A DNA stretch of 64,000 bases from Eledone cirrhosa (Eukaryota), in contig OZ024741.1 in NCBI GenBank assembly GCA_964016885.1, positions 80,042,001 to 80,106,000 of the forward strand, in the 5' to 3' direction. Both the position numbers and the translations under genes were made by a program. The notes below the pieces were generated by a model that saw nothing but the letters and a program-made list of their open reading frames with translations, was not told the origin of the DNA and searched no databases. Shown piece by piece: positions 14,706 to 25,635 of this stretch (position 1 is the stretch's first letter; each line of letters starts with the position of its first letter).

Positions 14706-15065
14706 GTTTGATTTAGAACGTAGTACGATGGAAAATACTTATGGTTCAATCCAATATTTAACTCCTCTATAAAAACCAAACTACCTTCTATATTCTTTAA
14801 ATTAATTGACAAGCACTTCCCTAACCTTCACAAATACCATAAAATCTTTAATAGAAATACTATCAAACGATCTTACTCTACTGCAACCAACATAGTTCAC
14901 ACATACAGAAAATTAATTGTAAAAGAATCTCTAATACAAATAGCCTCCAAACAAGCAGCATAGCATCAAATACAAAACACATACACATAACAACATCACA
15001 ACCATACACACGTCAGAACACATCACAACAATACATCAACAAACCCAAATCTCAGCCCACACATA

Positions 15066-15245
15066 ACTGTTTCTACTTTTGGCACAAGGCCAGCAATTAC
15101 CCAATACATTACTGGTACTTTATTTTATCGACCCCGTAAGGATGAAAGGCAAAGTTAACCTCGATGGGATTTGAACTCAGACCGTAATAGGACGTAACTA
15201 TGCTAGAAAGCATGACGTCCAGCCCTCTACTGCCAAATCGCAGCC
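15066..15245 (-). mobile_element. SINE nested in a PLE
   Basis: Reverse-complement family consensus. Confidence 0.88.
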
Positions 15246-16116
15246 ATACATAACAACATACAAACCTGCATCGCTGAACTTACCGTATAAGTGCCCACTA
15301 CAAAATAGATGCCTTAAATCTAATATAGTGTACCTATGTACTATAAATTCAGGCAACTTAGCATGACACTACATAGGTTCTACGGCGGGGGAGTTCAAAA
15401 AACGATGGTATGTCCACAGACACTCTATAAAGAACCGTAAACTAATGAATACAACAACGCTCGCCAATAAAATCTGGCAGCTTAAAGATACAAACCAAGA
15501 ATACAGGATTAACTGGTCTAAATTATCAGGGGCAATGGCCTATAAAATTGGTATGTCCCACTGTAGACTTTGTAATATGGAATTATTCCATATTTTAAAA
15601 TATGACAAAATGCTGCTTAACAGCAAAATTGAACGGTTAATTTTCTGTAGACATAAAGCAGCAAATAAATTCGATAATTTCAAACCAACTTGATTCGACC
15701 CAACAATTCCATAATTCAAATTATACCACCTGAGTCTATTATAATAACCCATTATCATCATTATTGTTATTATTGTTATTAACTGTCAATGAATCAATAT
15801 CATAACCTATTATATTTTCTCTCTTTCATTTTCTATCTTTCAATTTCTTTCCCTAAATATATTTCATCTCTTACATTATAACCTATCGTATTATCTTCAC
15901 TTCTAATATAACTTCCAATTTATTAATTTATTAATTTAAATAATACATATATGAATATATTTAATACTTTGATGTTTATACCATCATATCTTTATATTTT
16001 AACCATCAACACCACAACTATTTTCAACAATCATATTATGTTCATTTTCTTCGCACACATAAAAAAAATTTTTATCGTCTTCGCTATAACTTATTTATTA
16101 TTATTCATTTATTATC

Positions 16117-16305
16117 GGCGGTGGATTGGCAGTATCGGTAGAGGGTCGGACGCCATGCTTTCCAACAAAGTTACGTCCCTTTACGATCTGAGTTCAAATC
16201 CCGCCGAGGTTGACGTTGCCTTTCATCCTTACGGGGTCGATAAAATAAAGTACCAGTAATGCACTGGGTAATTGCTGGCCTTGTGCCTAAAGTAGAAACA
16301 ATTAT
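16117..16305 (+). mobile_element. Full-length SINE
   Basis: Family consensus, flanked by TTATTCATTTATTATC duplications. Confidence 0.9.
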
Positions 16306-16638
16306 TCATTTATTATCACTACTTTTATTTTTTCTCTATATTTTTCTCTTTGTTCTTTTTTCTTCTTTCTTTCTTTCTCCATTTTTTTCTCTCTATCTTT
16401 TTCTTTTTTCCTCTTTTTCTTTTTCTTTCTTTATTAATGATGTTGTAATTTGAATTTGTAAACGCTATGTATATTTTATTCAGTTATCTGATGATTTGGT
16501 TAAGCATACATCGTATTTAGAATTGAGTGACACAACTTCAAGTGATTAGCAATTTTAAGACAGCTTAATCAATGAAGCAATTGTTAATACTGTAAATAAA
16601 ACCCTCTTGTACAGTTGACCATGTTATTCTTCACTCTT

Positions 16639-16695
<57 letters not shown>

Positions 16696-16919
16696 CATTA
16701 TGAAGAGAGAAGAAACATTAGATATAATTAGTAATAAGATATATCATACCTAAACTGCTTCTATAATCCCCGACTACGTAGTTTCGTGGCATATTATGCA
16801 AAAACACTACATCATAGAGATATAGAGTTTTTATGAGGTCTGCCGACTTATCAAGAGGATACCTCATATATGTATATATATATATATTTCTCGGGAATTT
16901 TACCCCCCCCCCCCCCTAG

Positions 16920-16955
<36 letters not shown>

Positions 16956-17161
16956 CGTTTCTGAATTTGTTTAGCAAGATTCTTTATCTGAAAACGTGTG
17001 TTGAAACCGATATTGTTATACTTTGGGAGGGTCATGTTGCCAATAAGAAACACACGCACCAGTTGCTTTCACTTCAATTTATTATAAATTAAATTCATAA
17101 ATTTTGGAATTTATAAATTTCCGGTTGGTTCGTTCCACAACCAGATGATTGTTCATATATT

Positions 17162-17204
17162 TTCAAAGTTCTTTCGTCACACATTCTATGACCTCTTCAG
17201 TGAC
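17162..17204 (-). ncRNA. Hammerhead motif in the 3' pLTR copy
   Basis: Reverse complement of the motif at 21061-21103, with two substitutions. Confidence 0.65.
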
Positions 17205-20200
17205 TGGGGATTATTTTCTTTGTTTTTTTGTGCCTCTCCTTTGTTCTGTCCTACGCCAACTTGTTTTTGTCTGTGTTGTGTGCTTAGTTTGCGCATGTGT
17301 TACATCCGGGTGTCTGTGTGTGTTTATATTTGTTTATTTATTTGTTTATTTACATGTTACTGGTTGGTTGTTTGTTCTATGTGTGTGTGTGTTTTCATTG
17401 TGTCCTTAATTGTAAGTTGTGATGTTGCTGTTCCATTCATGTTTTCTATTTAATTTTGGTTGGAGTTCATTTATGTTTATTGCCTCTGTGATTTGTCTAA
17501 ACATTGCGTCTTTTCTGTGTGTAGATTCTATTTTTATTTCTATGTTCTCTAATTTACCCTTATGTTCTATTTTAGCATGTTTGTAGAGTACAGATGATTC
17601 TTTACTATCTTGAAGGTCTCGCCAGTGTTCATTTATCTGTTCCCCTATACTACGAGCTGTCTCACCTATGTACACTATATTCTTAACTCTACATTGTCCT
17701 TCAGTACATCTTATGCTATATACTACATTTCTAGTTTTACAGTTAATATGGGGGCTTAATTTACAGATTATACATTTCTTATCTATACAGGGAGGTCTTT
17801 GAAAAGGGTATGTATTGCTAATAAGTGTTTTTGTGGAGGTACCTGGTCTTTCTACTATCTTAATATTGAGTTTATGTTTATCTAGGGCCCTTCTAAATTT
17901 GTAAGCTAATTCACCTCTAAGGGTTGTATCGATGAACATTACACTCTGGTATTTATTGCTATCATACCATGAGTTTATTCTATTAACCTTATTCCTAGTT
18001 CTTTCTATTCTATTCCAAAATGTGCTCCTATACAAGGGGCAGGTCCCATTTGTATCATTATTTACCATTTTTTCCCATTTGGTTCTGGCTCCTCTATATA
18101 CTCTGATTGTATCTCTCTGATTGTAACCAGAGAACTGCATACGGTGGATGAAGTGTTGTATGTGTCTCTCTAGTTCTTTTGGGTTGTACATGCGGGACAC
18201 GTTTCTCATCACCCGTACCAAATCCGCAATCAATATGTTGATTTTGGTATGGTCCGAAACAGCTGGGTTTCGGTGGATCAAATATTTGGAAGTCATGGGT
18301 TTGGCATAATGGGAATGGAGGATTTGTTTTTTGTTATTAATGGTATCTAACCAGAGCTCTGTGTCTAGTACAGGTAATCGATGGTTGGGTGTTTGCTTGG
18401 GTAGTCTATAGTAACTCTAATACTCTGGTGGATGGAGTTAGCTATTTGCTGGGTGCTTTCCATTGTGTTTTTCTCTAATTACTGACTGTTCTCTAGTGGG
18501 GGTGTTTTAACTACGATGTTTATATCATCAACGTAGCGGGAGTACATTATCAGGGTTAAGGGGTTGCTGACTTCTAATTGTTATTTAAGTTTAAGTTTAA
18601 GTCTATTGTCCCACCATACCATGAATAGGTTAGCTATGTCACCTGCAATGCTAACACCAATGGCTGCTCCCTCCTCTTGGGCATATGTTTTTCCATTAAA
18701 TTTGAACATATGTTCCTTAAGGGTTAATTTTATACTGGCCCCCACCGCATGCGCAATCATTTTCTTTAGTTCATCGTGGTTTTCGGGGTCCGTGTGGCTC
18801 TGGTCCACCCGTTCTATCTATCTGTGTGGGTTTTCTTGGCCATTGAGGTAATGGTAGGTGGTCTGCCTCTTGCTGGTCTTGTAGGGCACAGGTTGCTAAG
18901 GCCATATGTATCTAGATAATCATTACTATAGGTAAGTTTAAGTAGGAGTCCCAGCTCACTGGTATCAATCCCACGGAATTCAACATTGCTCTCACTGATC
19001 ATTTCTACGCATTTCTCCACAGCAAAATACACGTCAATAGATGGATACAGGGACACAACATCCATACTACCTATTATGCAGTTTGTTAGGTCCCTAGATC
19101 GGTTACTCTCGCCGATTCTGCTGAGGAGGTCCTTCGTGTTGTCACATATATCTGGGGACATTTCAATGATGGGGCGTATGATCAGGGAGAGGAAGTAGGA
19201 AAGTCTGTAGTTACTAGCAATGTTAGTTCCACATACTGGCCGTGTTGGTGGTCCTGTGACAGGGTCACTGCTCGTTTTATGGTCTTTTCGAAGCCCATAC
19301 AACGCTGGCACGTCATTGTTCCAGGCCTGGAAGTTGTTGGCAGTCCTTTTGTTGGGCTGCATTATATTTGTCCACATCATCATCATATGGGCATTGAGGG
19401 TTCTTTTCCCTATTCCCATGCTCTTGTGGTGTTACTTCTCTTGTGTTAGTGATGTGGGGTTGCATTGCCTGGATGTAGTTTGACAGACTGTCAACCGACA
19501 TTCTGCCAGACTTGTCTGTTGGAAAGCATGCAATCTCTCCATTACGCGAGCGCTGCATGAGCTTACGCAAGCCATTTGCAGATTTTTCTCCCAGTTGCTG
19601 GGCCTCCATTCTATTTTTCTTCTTGCTATACTGTTCTATAATATTTCTAAGTTTAGATCTAGCTATACTAAATTGTGCTTCTGTTTGTTCATCGACCTGC
19701 GACGGCAATTGCGTGCGTTTGTTAAAAGCTAAAGCCGTGGCGTGGACTTGTCGCAGGTCGAATGACATATCGGAAGGATTATAAAAAGTAGAGTTCCAGG
19801 CTGCTGCTTTATGTGTACTAATGCTATTGTTATTGTTAGTTGTGTTGTTTCTATTTCTATTTCCACCAACAGCCTCATGGTTGTTTCTATGTCTCTCATT
19901 ATTACTCCTGTCTCTTTCCTCTGGCTCATTGTTATTATCTACTCTATTTTGTGTGTCTGTGTGTTCGTCCTGATTATTTTCTCTGTCAGTACCGATAGTC
20001 TCCCTTCTCCTTTCAATCCTATTACCTTCCCTTATTTCTGTGTTACTGTCGTTCCCTGTTTTCTGTGTCTGTGTGTTTGTTAAGATTGTGGTGGTGGTGA
20101 GAGGCATAGAATGTGTGTGTGTTGTTGGTGTTGTTGTTGATGTGTGCTGTTGTTGATGTGTGTTGTTGTTGTTGTCTCCGTGTATGTTATTATTGTTGTG

Positions 20201-21060
20201 TGTGTTGCTATTGTTGTTTGTGTCTGCGTGTCTGTTGTTGTTGTTTCTGAGTATGTTATTATTGTTGATATTGATGTGTGTGTTGTTGTTATCGTTGTTT
20301 GTGTCTGTGTGTGTGTTGTTGTTATCGTTGTTTGTGTCTGTGTGTCTGTTGTTGTTGGGATGTGTGTTGTATATATGTGTGTGTGCGTATGTTGTTACTT
20401 TTGTTTTTGTTTTTGTTTTTGAGGCTCCAACGTAATTATGTAAATGATTTTTCTATTTCTGACAAGCATTTTATCATATTTACCTTATTATATGTTGCAT
20501 ATTTAGGTGGTAGCTGTAATATCGATAATTCATCAGAGTCGACTGTAGTGTTGCCGTATATATTTGTGTTATTGTTGTTGAATTCATCTGTTAATGAGAT
20601 GTCGGCCATATTTATACCGTCAATTTTGTCGGGATATCTATCGATATTCTCTAAAGTATCTTGATTTAGTTTTATCTGTTTGAGCCACTTTAGTTTCTTG
20701 TTAAAGTGCTTGTCACATTCTTGAACAATGTACTTTACTTCAAGACATATAAGGTTTATAAATATTAATTTTTCTCTTGGTGTGGTGATCTTAGTTATTT
20801 CTTGTATTAGGTTACGCTTATGTTTTCTTGATGACTTAATTCTCTGTAAATCTTTTTTATGTTTAGAATTAGTGTTCGTTTTAGCTTATCTGCAACCAAC
20901 CAGTAACATGTAAATAAACAAATAAATAAACAAATATAAACACACACAGACACCCGGATGTAACACATGCGCAAACTAAGCACACAACACACACAAAAAC
21001 AAGATGGCGTAGGACAGAACAAAGGAGAGGCACAAAAAAATACAAAAAAAATAATCCCCA

Positions 21061-21103
21061 GTCACTGAAGAGGTCACAGAATGTGTGACGAAAGAACTTT
21101 GAC
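21061..21103 (+). ncRNA. Minimal type I hammerhead motif in the inverted pLTR
   Basis: GUCA-CUGAAGA-G-GUCACA-gaaug-UGUGAC-GAAA-G-aa-CUU-UGAC: stem I GUCA/UGAC, 6-bp stem II, minimal stem III. Confidence 0.75.
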
Positions 21104-21251
21104 AATATATGAACAATCATCAGGTTGTGGAACCAACCAACCAACCGGAAATTTATAAATTCCTAAATTTGTAAATTTAATTTATAATAAATTGAAGTGA
21201 AAGCAACTGGTGCGTGTGTTTCTTATTGGCAACATGGCCCTCCCAAAGTAT

Positions 21252-21331
<80 letters not shown>

Positions 21332-21664
21332 TGTCATTGTGATAAGGTGGTATTCATACGTTTTCTGGTGGTGGAGGAAGATGGTGATTGGGATGGGTGG
21401 ATTTCATTGGCCGAGGGATTGTAAGAACAGGGTTTCTTTGAAAAAACTATATTTAGAGAAATATACAGTTATACAAAGGCAAATGTAAAAAGCATTCACA
21501 CTAAGTACATATAGACAAACACATACATACGGACAGCCACACCTGTTTTTAGGGTTCATTTATTCTAAGCAAACAAAGGGATTTCATTAACTGGCGATAT
21601 TAACATGCTCTGCTGAATAATTTAGGGTATCAGAGGATGGTGAAGTCTGCAGTAATGGTCAGGC

Positions 21665-21718
<54 letters not shown>

Positions 21719-21720
<2 letters not shown>

Positions 21721-22616
21721 GAAAAATGGCGAGCTGTGTTGCTGCAATTAAGTATAATAAATGAAGAATTAGAAATAGAAGTTAGGAATATCTGTCATCA
21801 GTTGTCTACTAGCCCTCATATGTTTTTCTTCGCATTACAGACAATATACCTCCAACTAGGGCGATACAATAACTAAAATAAGTTATTGGGATCAAAAGAG
21901 TTTTGGTGGAGAAAGATAGACATGTAAACAAACACGAATGGTGAGGCAACGTAAAGAGAGGAAAAAATGAAAAAATCAAGTCAATAATTCATTTCGAACA
22001 TAAGAACGGGCGAATATTGACGAGAAGGTAAAGACACATCTTAGCCGTGCGGATGTGAGGGAGAATGAGAAAGAAGGGGGCGGAGAGAAAGAGGATAGCA
22101 GTAAGGGAAGAGAAAAAAAAAAAAGACAGGTCACAACGAAGAGGAAAGCATATATTATACTTAATTGCAACAACATAGCTAGCTATTTTTCATTCATATA
22201 TGCTTTCCCCTTCGCTGTCTTTTTTCTCTTCCCTAACTGCTATCCTCTTTCTCTCTCCCCTTCTCTCTCCTTCTCTCTCTTACTTTCACTCACCCCCTCT
22301 GCTACTCACCCTCTCTCTCACTTCCTCCAACGTCCCGCACCGTACGAGATCCTTTTCCTCGCTCACGTCCGTACGGCTAAGATGTGTCAATATTCGCGTC
22401 AATATTCGCCCGTTCTTATGTTCGAAATGAATTATTGACTTGATTTTTTTCATTTTTCCCTCTCTTTACGTTGCCTCCCCATTCGTGTTTGTTTACATGT
22501 GTCTCTTTCTCCACCCAACTCTTTTTATCCCAAACTTATTTTAGTTATTGTATCGCCCTAGCTAGAGGTATATTGTCTGTAATGCGAAGAAATACCTATG
22601 ATGGCTAGCAGATAAC
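21719..22616. repeat. Diverged fold-back element (arms about 21800-22154 and 22196-22616)
   Basis: For example GTCAATAATTCATTTCGAACATAAGAACGGGCGAATATTGACG (about 21981) and its reverse complement at about 22397-22439. The centre 22155-22195 is an inverted copy of 21719-21760. Confidence 0.85.
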
Positions 22617-22726
22617 TATTCACTACGCGGTAGAATTCAGCAATGGGATTTTTGTTTAAGATATTGGAAATAAGTTAAAATTCTTTATACTATATACAAT
22701 TCTTCAAGTAAACTACAAATTCCTCC

Positions 22727-22772
<46 letters not shown>

Positions 22773-22777
22773 GTGTA

Positions 22778-24010
22778 CGAAGGAAGTGTGGTAAGGAACC
22801 AGATGGACCATAACGCACCAGAGTGGGTAATAGGAAAATGTTTAACCCCGACGGCAGAGCTCAAGCCATTTCGACGGCTATTTCTGAACTAAATTAGAAT
22901 TTTTAGCGTGGTAATAAATAGCCGAACTTTTCAAGGAGTAATTCCTTATATGGGAAGATTGTAGTTGTCAAAAGGATTGGTAAAAATTTCTTGTAAACAC
23001 AATTAAGTCTTTCATGGCGGTAGGTGGGAGGTGGGGTGGCTGAACTTGCCTGTAGAACAATGAGGGAGTGGGTGAAGCCGGTCAAGCGTTGAAATGAATT
23101 CTATACAGCAAATTCTAAGGAGTGTGTATGAAAATAGGCTAGGTAGAAAGCAGGCGAAAAAGAATTCTGGGGGGATTTGAGAGTGGGACATTATAAAATT
23201 AAATGGTTAATAAATTGAGATTAAAAGATAATTAAAAAAAAATAATAAAAAAATTAAATAGTAAAAAATAATAAAAAATCTCTAGAGTCTAAAGCAGTTG
23301 CTATATTTTTAGCTGGTATTGCGTTTTCGGCCAATGCTATATAGAATTTACTGGGGTGGGGGTATTGAGGCTACTAAAGCCCGATGGGCTGCCTCAGGGT
23401 TGGCGAAAGAGGAAAAAGGAAATGAAAGAGCAGAGGGAGTGGAAGGAAGTGAAAAGAAGAGATACAGGGAAAAAGAAAGAAGTACATCTACCTATGTATG
23501 CTGGGGCTTCCCCTATCTTGTTCGGCAAGTGGGGAAAAGAAGGCTGTTGCAGCCATTGTCTACCCACCCGGGTCATGAGGGGGTTTGAGGGCGAGGTAAC
23601 TCCTACGCAATCGGTGTTTACATGCAGTTACAAGTTCGTCTTTTTTTTGTTTAGGAGTTGGTCCTTCGTAAACAGCATTTGTATTGTTTCCTCCGAGCAT
23701 AAGTTACACGGACGGCATCCTCCCGTGTAGGAGTTAGCCCTGGACAGTAAGCTCCAAGTAAGGTATGTATGTTATGTTGTTATCTTGGAGGTCCCAGATG
23801 TGGCCCGAAAGTGTAGTGGCATGTCGCCGGGCCGGGTTTCTGAATGTATGTCGGTGTTGATAGAGCCGAGTCTTAAAGTCACAAGCGGTTAATCCTATAT
23901 AGGCTTTGTTGGAGTTTTCCGTCCTCACGTTACATTGGTAGATCATGTTACGTTCTCGACATCTGTTATTGAGGGGGAACGTAGATCTATCAGCCGTCGG
24001 CGTTAAACAT

Positions 24011-24015
<5 letters not shown>
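22778..24015 (-). mobile_element. 5'-truncated Naiad-type PLE (GIY-YIG + 3' UTR/pLTR)
   Basis: PLNNRCRERNMIYQC...AYIGLTACDFKTRLYQH, then after a frameshift CRPCNLCSEE...LLNKK. The pLTR carries a hammerhead. A short inverted pLTR remnant lies at 23993-24013. Confidence 0.85.
22845..22939 (-). ncRNA. Degenerate type I hammerhead with extended stems II and III
   Basis: ACUCC-UUGAAAA-GUU-CGGCUAUUU...AAAUAGCCG-UC-GAAAU-GGC-uugagcucu-GCC-GUC-GGGGU. The core deviates from CUGANGA. Sister copies read GAAACGGC...GCCGUC. Confidence 0.65.
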
Positions 24016-24044
<29 letters not shown>

Positions 24045-24046
<2 letters not shown>

Positions 24047-24183
24047 CAAAGGAATTGTGGTAAGGAACCAGATGGACCATAACGCACCAGAGTACTCAAT
24101 ACTTAGGGTAGTAGAGTGGGAATTAGGATAAAGTATGACCCCGACGGCAGAGCTCAAGCCGTTTCGACGGCTATTTCTGGACT
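24045..24183 (-). repeat. Solo pLTR fragment of the 22778 family (3' half of the hammerhead), in (TA)n
   Basis: Near-identical to 22787-22890, 57742-57872 and 58848-58907. Confidence 0.85.
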
Positions 24184-24193
24184 GTCTATCTAT

Positions 24194-24266
<73 letters not shown>

Positions 24267-24794
24267 GAGAGGTATAGAGATTGTTTTAGCAAGAAGCTAA
24301 CGGCATTCTATAACATATATGCGACTATAACGTCAAGATGGGAAAAGTAGTTAACGAAAGATTTAGGAAAAATAACTCAAACTCATCTCAAAAGAGAATC
24401 AGGATATAAATTCATCCACAGAATTTAGTAAAATCCAGGGAAAATCTATAGACCTTTAACTCATGATAAAATAAAGTTTGAAACACTTATCCTTCAATTT
24501 GGAATAACATCAAATGCTCTGTATAGTCTTAAAAGACTATTTCATGAAAACTTTCAGTGGAGATGGTCACGGTTGGAATTTCAATCATCAGCAGAGCTCA
24601 ACAGAAAACCAGGGCTCTCACAGTAATATAATCCGAAAAAAGGAATTCTAAAACTGGCTAGTTCGCCTTCATGTGTATTTATGAAAAAGCACATGAGGAA
24701 AAAACGGGGCTAGTGACGTCAGGATGGAAGTGAATGTTTATTTACAAGAAATATATATATATATATATATCATTAAACATATATATATATATAT

Positions 24795-25415
24795 ATATAT
24801 CATTAAACATGTCTATAGAATCACAAGATAAAATATATACTATTTCCTCTCCCAATTAGCATAATTAACTATATAAAAAATCGAATAGACCAGGCTATAC
24901 GAATGAGGCTTCTATGAAGGAATCTCCGACAAATAACCGAAACTAGCGCTTCGCGTCGGCCGTAGCGGAATGTTTATCGAATATTTCGACAGCGTAATCG
25001 CCTAGATATAGTCAACTAAACAGAATTAGGTTTAAAATAAACTAGGAGAAAATAGAATACATTTAAAACCTCTACCATGGTTTCGTCCGTGTTTTGAGTT
25101 TTCCAATAATTATGTAATAATTATATAAACTCGAGCGCCGGATTCTTCAGATTCTATTTTCTCCTAGTTTATGTTAAACCTAATTCTGTTTAGTTGACTA
25201 TATCTAGGCGATTACGCTGTCGAAATATTCGATAAATATTCCGCTACGGCCGACGCGAAGCGCTAGTTTCGGTTATTTGTCGGAGATTCCTTCATAGAAG
25301 CCTCATTCGTATAGCCTGGTCTATTCGATTTTTTATATAGTTAATTATGCTAATTGGGAGAGGAAATAGTATATATTTTATCTTGTGATTCTATAGACAT
25401 GTTTTATGATATATA
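24795..25415. mobile_element. ORF-less fold-back element: ~264-bp near-perfect arms with a hammerhead core in the 92-bp spacer
   Basis: Arms at 24795-25058 and 25151-25415. The spacer on the minus strand reads CUGAAGA-AUCCG...CGGAC-GAAAC-caug-GUA-GAGG. Confidence 0.9.
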
Positions 25416-25509
25416 GCTCTGATTGTTTAATTTATTAATTTTTCATTGAGCCACAAAGTGACCAGTTGCAAAACACGTATATGTATGTGTATGTATATAT
25501 ATATGTAAA

Positions 25510-25557
<48 letters not shown>

Positions 25558-25588
25558 AAGAATCAAAGAACTGTTCAAAACATTATTG

Positions 25589-25635
25589 TGCTTACAGCTG
25601 TTTCCTCCAAACCGAGGTTTGGATTCTTCGGAGCA
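25589..25635 (-). ncRNA. Type I hammerhead motif (3' pLTR copy)
   Basis: Exact reverse complement of 29578-29624. Confidence 0.8.

Larger units (their letters stand above)
14738..16643 (+). mobile_element. Degenerate Naiad-type PLE 3' part (linker + GIY-YIG + 3' UTR), interrupted by two SINEs
   Basis: LWFNPIFNSSIKTKLPSIFFKLIDKHFP (14739 onward); CPLQNRCLKSNIVYLC...YIGSTAGEFKKRW; CRLC...LLNSKIERLIFCRH (15445-15693). Homologous to 27079-28546. Confidence 0.85.
16955..21258 (-). mobile_element. Near full-length PLE with inverted pseudo-LTRs (17011-17370 and 20893-21258), frameshifted ORF
   Basis: RT motifs CFPTDKSG, LYGLRKDHK, IIGSMDVVSLYPSID, QEEGAAIG and MYSRYVDD (about 18521-18547). GIY-YIG NVVYSIRC...YIGETARS. 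A ~360-bp inverted repeat. Flanked by (TA)n on both sides. Confidence 0.95.
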
